DNA of 64,000 bases, from positions 69,564,001-69,628,000 of the forward strand of contig OX597817.1 of assembly GCA_951406725.2 (NCBI GenBank). The letters are read 5' to 3'. The translations under genes were made by a program, and so were the position numbers. This DNA is from Octopus vulgaris. Lineage: Eukaryota. This document shows positions 41,071 through 53,549 of the stretch, in pieces. Every line of letters begins with the position of its first letter. Position 1 is the first letter of the stretch. The notes beneath the pieces were generated by a model. The model was not told the DNA's origin and did not search any database. It worked only from the letters and a program-made list of their open reading frames with translations.

Positions 41071-41118
41071 GTCTTACAGCTGTTTCCAGCATATTTTATA
41101 TATCCCTTCATCAGAGAC
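41071..41118 (-). ncRNA. Minimal type-I hammerhead ribozyme (Penelope-like element terminal repeat)
   Basis: Minus strand: GUCU-CUGAUGA-AGGGAUAU-AUAAA-AUAUGCUG-GAAA-CAGCUG-UA-AGAC; intact core, stem I GUCU/AGAC, palindromic stem III. Confidence 0.75.
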
Positions 41119-41692
41119 GATGTGAGAAAATGTTTGAGAATTAATTATTGTAGACAAGATGTGAAATATAGAGGGAAGTAAGAGAATGAATATAGAAGTG
41201 AGATACATAAGGATATTGTATTTGCAGTTCTATTATTCAAGTAGAATGGTGTTTATAAGTGGTGAAAAATTTTGGTGGGTGAAGAAATTTTCTTGTACCT
41301 GGTGTGTGAGTTTCAGTGGTGGTTATATTTGGTCACTCCAAGCATAGAGCCTTTTAAACAGTGTTGGTCAATGGAGGGTTTTTTTTTGGTGTGAATTAAA
41401 ATGTGTTGGTAGTGTTAATGGATAGATAGTGGGAGGAGAGATGTGTATGACTAGAAAAAGGAGATAGGTCAAACCAAAAACAGGAAGAGAGAATGGGAGG
41501 AAAAAGTGAAGAAGCAGAAGGGAGAGAGACAAAAGAGAAATGAAGAGAGAGGGAATGAAATGAAAGAGTGTGTTAGCTAGTGGCCAGAATAAAGAGATAG
41601 GAGGAAGGGAGAGGTGAGGGAGCGTGTTAGCTAGTTGTTTTCTTCTTCTCTACTTTACCAGATGTTATAAGTTGTCCTGAACTTTTCCAGAG

Positions 41693-42080
41693 AGGCTGCG
41701 TGGTAAATAGCTTGCTTACCAACCACATGGTTCCAGGTTCATTCCCACTGTGTGGCACCTTGGGCAAGTATCTTTTACTATAGTCTCAGGCCGACCAAAG
41801 CCTTGTGAGTGGATTTGGCTGACAGAAACTGAAAGAAGCTCGTCATATATATGTATACATATGTATATTTATGTGTGTTTATAAGTTTGTTTGTCTGTGT
41901 TTGTCTTTCCAACGTTGCTTGACAACTGATGGAGTGTTTACGTCCCCATAACTTAGCAGTTTGGCAAAAAAGGCAGATAGAATAAGTACTAGGCATCCAC
42001 AGAATAAGTCCTGGTGTTGATTTGCTCGACTAAAGGTGGTACTCCAGCATGGCTGCAGTCAAATGACTGAAACAAGTAAG
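41693..42080 (+). mobile_element. SINE family A, full length
   Basis: Head and tail motifs present. Confidence 0.85.
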
Positions 42081-43039
42081 AGAGTATATAATAATTTGTC
42101 CTATAATTTTCCAGGCTTATAATCTTAAGAATATTATTTCTCTTGCTTGCAATTTTTTCATGTAATTTATTCTCCATTAGAAATGCTTTAATTTCTAATA
42201 GGAATAACAAAGATGTACATGTTAGATAGGCATGTAAATAATTTCCTATTAGAAACTCTTGAGATAAAGAATAATAATTATTATTATTCTTTGTATACAT
42301 AAGTTATCATCATCAACATCATCATCCTTAAACATCTGTTTTCCATAGTAGCATGCGTTGGGCAGTTTGACTGGAGCTGGCAAGCTGGAGAGCTGCAGCA
42401 GGCTCTTGTCTGATTTGGCTTGGTTTCTACAGTTGGATGCCCTTCCTTATGCCAACCACTTTACTGTGTCCGGTGGATGCTTTTAACATTGCACCGCATA
42501 AGTACTAAAATGTAGCACCGGTATGAATGCTTTTTACATAGCACCAACATGAGTGCTTTTTTATGTGGCACTGTCACAAGACTCTTGCAGACCAATCCAG
42601 TCCACCAGAGGGGGCGATCATAACATTTCTGCTGTTGAGGACAGGTCTACTTGAGTACACACACACGTACAAAAAAAAAAAACAATAAGAGAAAGAACTG
42701 ATTGTGATAAAAACATTATTATTAAGGAATTACAATAACAATGACAACAATAACAACAGGGGCCAATAAAGGAGGATCTATGAAGTCTCATGCCCTGCTA
42801 GAAATAGCAGCCATATCGTTCTTCAAATCATATGTTGTCCTGGGAAAGAAGAAGGCCTCTTAGATAATGTAGTAACCTACATTCTATTAGAAAAATGGAG
42901 TGGTCATGGGTGGAGTGCATTTGATAATGACCCTACTCAGAGTTTGAGTAACAGTAGCAGTGGGGGCAATAACAACAACAATAACAAAACAACAATAATG
43001 ACAACAACAACTGCGATAATAACAATGCTAACAATGAAC

Positions 43040-43143
43040 AATTAAACTGAATAATTACAGAAGCCAATGAAAGAAAATAATAAAAAAAAAAAAGGAAAGA
43101 AAAAAATCCAAGAAAACACTGCACCTGCCTCCCCTCATCACTG

Positions 43144-43177
<34 letters not shown>

Positions 43178-43345
43178 GCAGCAGCAGCAACAATAATGAC
43201 AATAAAATGAATATTTAGAGAAACTATATAATTGCAGAAGCCAATGCATGAAATAAAACAAAATAAAACAAAATAAAAAAAAATAGACAATAAAAACTTC
43301 ATCACATCTTTCCCCCTCATCAAACAACAACAACAACAACAACAC
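43040..43345. repeat. Diverged tandem duplication (~180-bp unit ending in (CAA)n)
   Basis: ATAATTRCAGAAGCCAATG...CCCCTCATCA..(CAA)n occurs twice. Confidence 0.8.
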
Positions 43346-43466
43346 AAATAATAATCACAGAAATAACAATGCCACTGTATTGCAGCGCTAATTGTAATCT
43401 GCAATAATCAAATAGTAGCACACTGAACATTTAGGAGGTTTCTGTGTGATTGTTGCTTTTGTTGTT

Positions 43467-43511
<45 letters not shown>

Positions 43512-43690
43512 GGTTGCGGTGGTAGTAGGCGGTGGTAGTGATTGTATTGATGGTGAAGGATTGTGAAAGAAGGTTTTTTTTTTCTTTTCACATGGTATTT
43601 GTGCTTCTAGGTGGTGACAGAGTGAGAAAAATAAGGATGATGATGATGATGATGATGATGGTACTGGGGGTGCTGTTGTTACTGCTGGTT

Positions 43691-43722
<32 letters not shown>

Positions 43723-44359
43723 ATCAATGACAATGAAAAGAAGCAAATGAAAAGAATAGAGGAGAAAGGAGGCAGAAGAAGAATACTAAAGTGAAGTTCC
43801 AGTGGTGATAGCTATGAATATACTTCCCCCATAAGATTTTGCAAATGTGGAAAGTATTTGTGTAAAAAAGAAGAAAAAGAACAGATAAAACTATAAACAA
43901 AAACAGTTATAGACACAAATAACAACAATTTGAAAAGCATAAAAGGTAAAAAGTTGTAGAAATGCAAATTTAAATGACAATAACAAAACCAACATCATCA
44001 ACAGTAATTTATCTGCTGACACCACAAGTCAGAAAGAGGTGTTAAACATGGGTCAACTCCAGGTAAAAGTATAAGCATGGAAAAGGTACGTTATAAAAGA
44101 GAGTACTTCTTTGCCTGAGAAATTTACTCCAGGAGGTTCTGATACTTCATCAGTTATGAAGACGAGTGTTCCAGTTGATCCGATCAAAGGAAGAACCTGC
44201 TTGTGAAATTAATGTCCAAGTGATTGAGCACTCTACAGACATACATACCCTTAACATAGTTCTTAGTAGTCATGACTGAATGCTTGTCATGAATTGAAAG
44301 TACAGGTGGAAGTTGATCCAGACCTTTTTTCGAAGGTCATCACTGGTGACAAAAGCTGG

Positions 44360-44615
44360 TGCTATGGAATTTACAGATGTGCCGGTGACACGTAAATAGC
44401 ACCAACTGATCGGGGCCATTGCCATCCTGCACTGGCCCCTGTGCCGGTGGCACGTAAAAAGCACCCTCTACACTCATGGAGTAGTTGGCGTTAGGAAGGG
44501 CATCCAGCTGTAGAAACACTGCCAGACCCTGGTCGAACCATCCAACCTATGCTAACATAGAAAATGGATGTTAAACGATGATGATGATATATATATGTAT
44601 GTGTGTATATATGTA

Positions 44616-44678
<63 letters not shown>

Positions 44679-45190
44679 ATGTATATATGTATCTATGAGA
44701 GTGAGTGTGTGTATATATATATATATATATACACACACACATATGCACAAGCCAAGTGCACCTGTACTGGTGGCATGTATAGTACATCTTCCAAGAGTTG
44801 GGCCTCACAGAGGCATTGATTGAGACCTTTGGCATTATATCTTCCTTGAGAAGAAGACCCATTGAGCTGAGCAAAATTGCAGTCATGGCAGATACCAGTG
44901 TCAAGCAAATTGGCACCCGTACCGGTGGCATGTTAAAAAAAGCACTCTGGTGTCATGCAAATAGCACCCGTGCCGGTAGCATGTAAAAGTAGCCATTACA
45001 CTCTCAGAGTGGTTGGTGTGAGGAAAGGCATCCAGCCATAGAAAACCATGCCAAATTAGACTGGAGTCTGGTGCAGCCTTCCAGCATGCCAGCCTGGTCA
45101 AACCGTCAAATCCATGTCAAAATGGACAATGGATGTTAAATGATGATGATGATGATGAGGATGATGATGATGATGATGATGATGATAATG
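44360..45190 (+). mobile_element. Two family C copies separated by a (TA)n tract
   Basis: TTAGGAAGGGCATCCAGC motif and (GAT)n tails at ~44580 and ~45140. Confidence 0.75.
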
Positions 45191-45639
45191 ATATTCATAT
45201 ATGTGTGAATGTGTGTATATACATATGCTTTCATCATGAGCGCATAGAATCAAATCTGAAAAGACATGTATTTGTGTACAATAAGCTCATTATTGTTTTT
45301 AAACAATTCCTCACATTCTGTCTGAGTGAGTGTGTGTACGTGTCTGTGCACATTGTGTATGTGTTGTATGTGCATTGTGTGTGTGTGTGTGTGTCTGTGT
45401 GTCTGTGTCCATATCCATTTATGAACACATATAAACAGCTATAAGAATGGTTGCACATTTTCAAAATCGGAGCGACTGTAGAATGACGTATCTAATTAAT
45501 TACTTTGTAATATCTCAGTTAGGATGGGACCAGCAGGGATACAGACAGCATGTATTTGTGGTATGTTGTTAGCTGTGTGGCGACTTTCATTATTTATTTT
45601 TTAAAAAAATAAACAAAAATTATTAAAAACGCTACAACC

Positions 45640-46205
45640 AATGATGTAGATGATGGTGACAATATTAGTAGCACTTGTGATGGTGGTGGTGGTGGTGGTG
45701 GTGGTGGAATTGTTGTAGTTGGTAGTGTTTGTGTTGATGGTGATGGTGGTGATGATGATGATGATGTTGATTGTAGCAGTAGTGATGGTGTTGTGGGTAG
45801 GGCTTGTTAGGATGATGATGATGACAACGGCGATGACAATGATGGTAGCTGTGGTGATGTGATGGTGATGTTGTTGGTGGGGTGCTTGGGATAATGATGG
45901 GCAATGGTGATGATGACGACGACTAAGACGGCGATCATGTTGATGATGATAATGATAATGAGAAGGAGGAGATAGGGAGGGGGATGAGGGGAGGAAGATC
46001 AGGAGTGGAATGAAATATGGTGGTGATGGTGGTTGGTGCAGCCATCTATATGGTGATGGTAGCATGAACTGAACTGGTGCCAGATTCCGTTATAGTAGTA
46101 GTGGTAGTAGTCATGGTGACAGTGTTTGCAACAACTGTAGTTGTTTGTGCTACTGTTGGAAGTGGTAGTGGTAGTGGTGGTGGTAGTGGTGGTGTTGGTG
46201 GTTGT
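45640..46205. repeat. Degenerate (GGT/GAT/GTT)n low-complexity tract
   Basis: Direct reading. Confidence 0.85.
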
Positions 46206-47847
46206 AGATGTTTTGTAGTATACAGGAACTCCAAACAGAGCCGTGCAATAGATTTACCAAACTGCATGACAACATTGATGTCTTAAACAGCTGGAACAAC
46301 CAAAGGCATGTTCCAAGAATGCGCATTAGAAATAATCCAAGAGAAATGAAGAGAACATGTATTGAACCTAACTTACAACACTAAGCAATTTATCTAAATA
46401 CACAAAAAGGGGAAATTACATTGTAATCAGTACCAGCAACATAAAATATGTAGAAACTTGTCCAAGATTTTATTATTTCAAAACAATAATAAAATCTCAA
46501 ATCTTTCACATATTTTATTTATCAAATTGTTTTGTGAGTGACTTGATGACAATTAAATCTTATTGATCACTTATAGTCTGTACTTTGGTTTATATTTCTT
46601 TTCCCTTTTATGGTAAAGCGACATAGCACAGGCGTGGCTGTGCGGTAAAAAGCTTGCTTCCCAACAACATTGTTCTGAGTTCAGTCTCATTACGTGGCAA
46701 TTTTGGGAGAGATTTTTCTATTATGGTCTCAGTCCAAACAATGTCATGTGAGTGGATTTGGTAGATGGAAACTGAAGAAGTCTTTGTATCTGTGTTGTCT
46801 TCCCACCACCATTTGACAGCTGGTGCTAGAGTGTTTATATACACACAACTTAGCGGTTCTGCAAAAGAGACCAATAGGATAAGTACAGGGGTCGATACAT
46901 TCAGCTAAAACTTCAAGGCAGTGCTCCAGTATGGCTGCAGTCTAATGACTGAAACAAGTAAAAGAAAAACATAAAAGACACAGTGAATTTGCTTTTGAGA
47001 ACCCTTATTAGTCTCGAGCAACACATTAAATTTATCCAGTAGTAAAGATCCTGCTCAGGAATTCAGAAATTTTGGTGAGCATGGAATTATCCCTTAGATA
47101 CCAGTTTTTCCTGGTCGTAGAATCTGTCAAGGACCCCAGTAATAGGATAAATGGTAGAGGATAGACCTGTGGCTAATGTATGCACGATTCAGAGGAAGAC
47201 TGGTCCCTAGATACATATCACAAAGACCCATAAGTATGAGAACATGCTGTAATGTTATATGTGCTAGAACTCTTACCAAAAGGTTAAATAGATCCTGTAC
47301 CTAATGTGTAAGCTCAGGGGAGCAAGAAACTACCTTTTTACATGCACACACTTAAACAACGGGCTTCTTTCAGTTTCTGTCTCCCAGAAAGCCACAAGGC
47401 TTTAGTCAGCCCAAGGCTATAGTAGGGGACACAGTACCAAACAGCTATGCCTGTAAACAACAATAAATAAATGGGCCAGAAGGCAATAGGAAACCCCTCT
47501 GTATGTTTACAAAGAAAAATCATGAATCCTCAGGATTTGGCATGGAGGCTCTTGATTACATGTACCTGTAGGCTATGCAGAAGAGAGAGAAGAGAAACAT
47601 CCTGAGGTAATCTTAATCCTCAAGAATATATGAGCATATGTTCAAAACTTATTCAAGGAAAAAAGATCATTCTTAACAACGAGGAATATAGTTTGTATAT
47701 ATGGTTATACACTGATATAAACAAATACATATACATACAGACATAAATATCTGTATGTATGCGAACACATACATACTATTTTAGTATGTATTTATGCTTA
47801 CGTTCCCGCATATAGAATAACAGTCACATAAACAAGCATGCACACAT

Positions 47848-47883
<36 letters not shown>

Positions 47884-48819
47884 CAAACACCTACACGATA
47901 AGAACAAAGAAGGACACCGAACAAAGAATGCAACAAAACAACAAACAGACAAAAGACACCTATTTTTAACGACGCCAAAGAATACTGAAGAATCCACTGT
48001 AAACATTTTGCAATAAATTAGAATCAGTTTTTAAAAAATCTAATGATTCTTGAAGAATAAACCAAATGGTTGCCTTCAATGGAATTGATTTCTTTCAGAA
48101 TCCAAAAACGCTTCTTTTGCCTTTTGTGACATTATTATGATTTGTGTTGTCTGCATATTTTATTTTCCAAATGTCTTCTTATATTTTTTGCTTAATTTGC
48201 TTCTTTTGCAATATTTTCCTTTTTAATCTCTTTTCTTTCTAAATTCTTTCATTTTAAACTCTCTATATTGTTTAACTGTATGTTGTATTTCTTCCTTCTG
48301 CATTCTCCTATGATCATCTTCTTCAGTATTTCCACTGTATTGTTCTTCTTCATTTCTCCTATTGTTATTTTATTTCAAATATAGGTATTTATGTATTTTT
48401 CTCAATGTTTATTATCTTTTCTGACTCTCCCTATACATTATGTATCTAACCAGCTTTTATTCCTTCTCTCTTTCCCTCTTTATCTTGCTTTGTCTTAACC
48501 CGTTCTTTCACTGTCTGCCTGCCTGCCTGCCTGCCTGTCTGTTCATGCATGTAAGCATGGAAAAGATGTAAAAATGATAATCACACACACACACACACAT
48601 GACAGGCTTCTTTCAGTTTCTACCTACTAAATCCACTCACAAGGCTTTAGTTGGCCCATGGCTATAGTAGAAGTCAGTTGTCCAAGATAGCACACATAGG
48701 GACTGAACCCAGAACCATGTGGTTGGGAAGTAAACTTCTTATCACACAGCCACACCTGTTAGCATGGAAGATGAACGTTAAATAATTATTATGATGATGA
48801 TGAGGAGGAGGAGGATTAC

Positions 48820-49026
48820 ATCTGGCCCCTGTGCCGGTGGCATGTAAAAAACACCCCACTACACTCACAGAGTGGTTGGTGTTAGGAAGGGCATCCAGCT
48901 GTAGAAACACTGCCAAATCAGACTGGAGCCTGGTGCAGCCTCCATGGCTTCCAGACCCCGGTCGAACTGTCCAACCCATGCTAGCATGGAAAACGGACAT
49001 TAAATGATGATGATGATGATGATGAT
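48820..49026 (+). mobile_element. Family C copy (left member of an inverted pair)
   Basis: Body plus (GAT)n tail. Confidence 0.85.
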
Positions 49027-49167
49027 GCATGTATGTATGTATGGATGGATGTATATTATATACATACATATATTATCTATTCACATCTATATATATATAT
49101 ACATGTGTGTATTTCCCTCTCTCCTTTCTCTCTCTTTCTCACTTTGTCACTCTGTAATTGATTTCAG

Positions 49168-49258
49168 CAGCTATTCCATTCGGCCCTTCCTATTGTAAAC
49201 ATCAGTTTGATAATATTGAATTCTTACAGCCAATAGAAGAATTGGTCTGGCAGATCTG
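49168..49258 (+). CDS. Possible 91-nt internal exon AIPFGPSYCKHQFDNIEFLQPIEELVWQI, product unknown
   Basis: Pyrimidine tract plus ttgatttcag acceptor, TG|gtaaga donor, open frame throughout, unique sequence. Confidence 0.3.
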
Positions 49259-49383
49259 GTAAGAGGTAGACATCAAATACACCTTAATTATAGTGCAGCC
49301 TGCTCCTGCTGCCACTCAGCCTTCTCACCTCTCAATAAAAATGGTCAAATTCCTGTTATGTTCAGACTGTTTAGTTGCACATG

Positions 49384-49432
<49 letters not shown>

Positions 49433-49484
49433 ACACATACACACACATATACACACAAACATATATATACATGCATATACAGAT

Positions 49485-49760
49485 ATCATCATTATCATCA
49501 TCATCGTCGTTTAACGTCCGCTTTCCATGCTGGCATGTGTTGGACGGTTTGACTGAGGGTTGCTGAGCCAGAAAGCTGCACCAAGCTCCAATCTGATCTG
49601 GCAAAGTTTCTACAGCTTGATACCCTTCCTAACACTAACCACTCTGAGAGTGTAATGGATGCTTTTTATGTGCCACCTGCATGAGGTCCAGTCAGGCAGT
49701 ATTGGTATCGACCATGCTCAAATGGTGCTTGTTATGTGCCGCCAGTACAGGAGCCAGTCA
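49485..49760 (-). mobile_element. Family C copy (right member of an inverted pair)
   Basis: (CAT)n then CGTTTAACGTCCGCTTTCCATGC. Confidence 0.85.
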
Positions 49761-49828
49761 TCTGGCAGATATATATATATAATCATATCAGAGGGAAATG
49801 GAAATTAATTAAAATTTACACTTCTAGT

Positions 49829-50119
49829 TATAAGATACAGTGTACATTTAAACACATGAGGAATCTACCCATAGGATTCAACACGCTAGAAAGAACAGCT
49901 AGGTTCTATAACCACAAAATTAGGGATAAAATTCCACAGGAACGAAATGAAAAATAAAAACATTTTACCATCTAGTTTCCTAAAATGTTTTTATTTTTCA
50001 TTTCGTTCCTGTTGAATTTTATCCCTAATTTTGTGGTTACAGAACCTAGCTGTTCATTCTAGCATGTTGAATCTTATGAGTGGATTCCTCATGTGTTTAA
50101 ATGTACACAGTATCTTATA
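49829..50119. repeat. Near-perfect inverted repeat, ~139-bp arms, 13-nt spacer
   Basis: About 8 mismatches between arms by eye; sits in TA context. Confidence 0.95.
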
Positions 50120-50167
50120 TATATATATATATATATATCCATATGTATGTATGTATATATCTATGTG

Positions 50168-50658
50168 TGTGTGTCTTTATGTTTGTTCTCCCCACCACTG
50201 CTTGATAACTGGTGTTGGTGTGTTTGCATCCCATAACCTAGTGGTTCGGCAAAAGAGCCTGATAAAATCAGTACTAGCCTTTCAAAAAACAAGTACTGGG
50301 TTCGATACATTCAACCAAAAATTCCACAAGGTGGCGCCCCAGCATGGCTGCAGGCTAATAACTGAAACAAGTAAAAGATGACAGATAGGGTTTTGCTTGC
50401 CATGACACTGACTGTGTGTCTTTATGTTTGTTCTCCCCACCACTGCTTGATAACTGGTGTTGGTGTGTTTGCATCCCATAACCTAGCGGTTCGGCAAAAG
50501 AGCTTGATAAAATCAGTACTAGCCTTTCAAAAAACAAGTACTGGGTTCGATACATTCAACCAAAAATTCCACAAGGTGGCGCCCCAGCATGGCTGCAGTC
50601 TAATAACTGAAACAAGTAAAAGATGACGGACAGGGTTTTACTTGCCATGACACTGACT
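50168..50658. repeat. Recent tandem duplication (~246 bp) of a SINE A tail plus flank
   Basis: Units 50168-50412 and 50414-50658 differ at few positions and include non-SINE flank. Confidence 0.9.
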
Positions 50659-51072
50659 TGATTTGAGATTGTGCGTTGAAAACTGATGTGATTACACTGT
50701 GATAAAGCCATTTCAGTTGACTGAAATCACACACAGCCTGTTATATTCACTTTCCGTTTATTTCTTGAGGTGTCAAAAATCATTTACTTGCAAATTGTTA
50801 CAAGCCTCAAGAGAAGCAAGAATAATAAGTACTTTTCCATTCCTTACATCTATGTTTCCTGTTATTTTCTCTTATTCATTTCTTAACTTTGTTGTCTTCG
50901 ATTTAAAACTTGTTAGTTAAATAAATATTCTGTTATGTGCCACTGTGTAAATTTTTTCCACCCCCGCTTGTGAACTTTTTGACCTGTGTATCTTCTACGC
51001 TGATGTTGTTTGATCTTTGGATATATATATATAATGTCACTGCTGCTAGTTACTCTTAGATTCCATGCCTGT

Positions 51073-51113
<41 letters not shown>

Positions 51114-51201
51114 AGTGTTTTATAACTATTTATTCTTTTATTTTGTCTTCTTTAACTTGTTTCAGTTACTAGATCGTGGCCTTGCAGGAGCACCGCCTTA
51201 A

Positions 51202-51422
51202 CCTTTTAGCATTTAAACCGGCCATATCCGGCCAAAAGTATTCTGCTTGTTTTATGTTCAAACTGGCCAGATCTGGTCTCTCACACCAATCCTACAATAT
51301 CATCTTAAAAATTAACAGCTACCTCATCAAAATCTCATAACTACAAGATAATGCATGATTAGTTCAAAACAATGTGAATAAAAAGGTATTAATTTTGGCA
51401 GAATAATGTGAACACTAAAGGG
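51202..51422. mobile_element. piggyBac-type MITE nested in a SINE A copy (51155-51540)
   Basis: TTAA|CCTTTTAG ... CTAAAGGG|TTAA. Confidence 0.8.
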
Positions 51423-51671
51423 TTAAAGGGTTTTAGTCAAAGAAATTGACCCCAGGACCGATTCTTTGTTAAGCCTAGTACTCATTCTATCATTCTCTTT
51501 TGCTGAACCACTAAGTTATGGGGATGTAAACACACCAACATGTTTTTTTTTTGTAATTAAGACCTAAACTGTTAATATATGAATGTGAAAGAGATAGTTG
51601 AATAACTGTAAACCTACTTTTGGGCCACCCTGTATATATAGTATAAGATATAGAAAGTCCTTGGTACAGTA

Positions 51672-51848
51672 TTATATATTTGTAAAATGAATAGAAATGG
51701 CTTTTTCTGATAATTTGTCTGCTTTATGAATTAGCTGCTTATAAGTTATTAGGTGTTTATTATAATCTAATAATTTATAGATATATAATTATTAAAGTGG
51801 AAAAATTATCAGAGAAGCCATTTCTATTAATTTTTGCAAATATATATA
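51672..51848. repeat. About 175-bp imperfect hairpin
   Basis: AATAGAAATGGCTTTTTCTGATAATTT / AAATTATCAGAGAAGCCATTTCTATT plus inner stem. Confidence 0.85.
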
Positions 51849-52239
51849 TATGTTTGTGTGTGTGTGTGTGCGAGTTTATGTGTGTGGTGTGTGTGTGTGT
51901 GTATTTGCCCCCCCCCCCGCACTTGACAACAGGTGTTGATGTGTTTACATCCCTATAATTTAGCAGTTCAGCGACAATGACTGATAGAATAAGTAGCAGG
52001 CTTTACAAAAGAATAATAAGTACTGGGGTAAATAAGTTGGACTAAAATTCTTCAAAGCAGTGCCCCCAGCATGGCAACTGAAACAAGTAAAAGATAAAAG
52101 ACTAACATTGGACTAACATTGAATTGCATTTTCTGTAGATCAACAACACAAGTCTCACTTCTAATATCCTTCAAGCTCTTTGGTATCAGCTTAGGTGTTG
52201 TATGAAGAGCACCAACTAATGGGTCATTCCATAAATAAT

Positions 52240-52850
52240 GTGGTGTTTTTATACGTCTTTTTGTTTTGCAAAAGTGAGAGAAACAAAGTTCTTTTTTAAT
52301 ATAAAATATACTCTCCTTCATTTCCAACAATGCTCTTCCATTTATTTAGTTGACTTGCCAGGCCCCGCTTCCAAAATTCACCTGTCCATAATGAAAACTA
52401 CTTCTCCAGTACTGATATCCTTGTCTACAGAATTCATATTTTTTCCATCCAAATGATTTTGAAGACTGCAGAATAAATGATAATCAGATGGGGGCAATAT
52501 CCATCGAATATGGTGTGTGGGGAATTGTTTCCCATTCAAACTGCTTCAGTCTTTGGAATGTCATCCTCACTGTATGTGACTGAGCATTATCCTGATGGAT
52601 GAACACCTTTTGTCTTGAAGCCAAAGATGGCAATTTTCCAATGGCATGCAGGTGCCGATGAATGATTAAATAACCAAATTCAAGATTCTCTGCTAGCTCA
52701 TCAACAGTTACGATGGGATTTTTTTCCACCAGGATTTGCAGGACATCTTCATTGAGCTCTACAGATCTTCCAGGATGAGGCTCATCTTCTAAGCTGTAGT
52801 TTCTGGCTTGGAATTTCTAGAACCACTGTTGACACTAGCTTACACTAGGT
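52240..52850 (-). pseudogene. Mariner transposase pseudogene (internally deleted)
   Basis: HTH-like NPIVTVDELAENL..IIHRHLHAIGK; HQDNAQSH and HTPYSMDIAP (DNA and YSPDLAPSD motifs). Confidence 0.85.
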
Positions 52851-52969
52851 CAAATACCAGTTAAAACAATCTTAAGCACTTCCTGCATGGATGGTAAGCC
52901 AGGGATCATTCTCAAATAATCTTCAATTCCTTTTTTGATCATTCCTAGTTATTATTATTATTATTACAA

Positions 52970-53490
52970 ATACTGCCAGAGTTGAACTTTGCCTTTCATC
53001 CCTGTCAGGGGTCAATAAAATGAGTCCCAGTTGAACACTGGGTTCAATTTAACTGACTTAGTCCCTCTCCCATACTTGTTGGCTTGATGCCAAAATTTGA
53101 AACCATTATTATTATTATTGAGTTCAAATTCCACCAAGATCAACTTTGCCTTTCATCCTTTTTTTTTTGGGGGGGGGGGCGATTAAATAAGTACCAGTTA
53201 TGTGCTGGGGTTAATGTAATCAATCTCTTCCCCTAAATTTCAGGCCTTGTACCTACAGTAGAAAAGATTATTATTATTATAAAGGTGGCGAGCTGGCAGA
53301 AACATTAGCACGCCGGGTGAAATTCTTACCAGTATTTCATGTCGTTATGTTCTGAGTTCAAATTCCGCCGAGGTTGACTTTGCCTTTCATCCTTTTGGGG
53401 TTGATAATTTAAGTACTAGAGGCATACTGGGGTTGATCTAATCGACTGGCCCCCTCCCCAAAAACTCCGGGCCTTGTGCTTAGAGTAGAA
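52970..53490 (+). mobile_element. Cluster of three SINE family B copies in (ATT)n
   Basis: CTTTGCCTTTCATCCT core occurs three times. Confidence 0.8.

Positions 53491-53549
<59 letters not shown>

Noticed and set aside
46226-46384. 52-codon open frame ELQTEPCNRF...EPNLQH* on the plus strand
   Set aside because: Weak acceptor after a low-complexity tract, no homology recognised; compatible with chance
50674-50697. TGAGATTGTGCGTTGAAAACTGAT, reminiscent of bantam miRNA
   Set aside because: The seed differs from GAGAUC and no convincing precursor hairpin is visible
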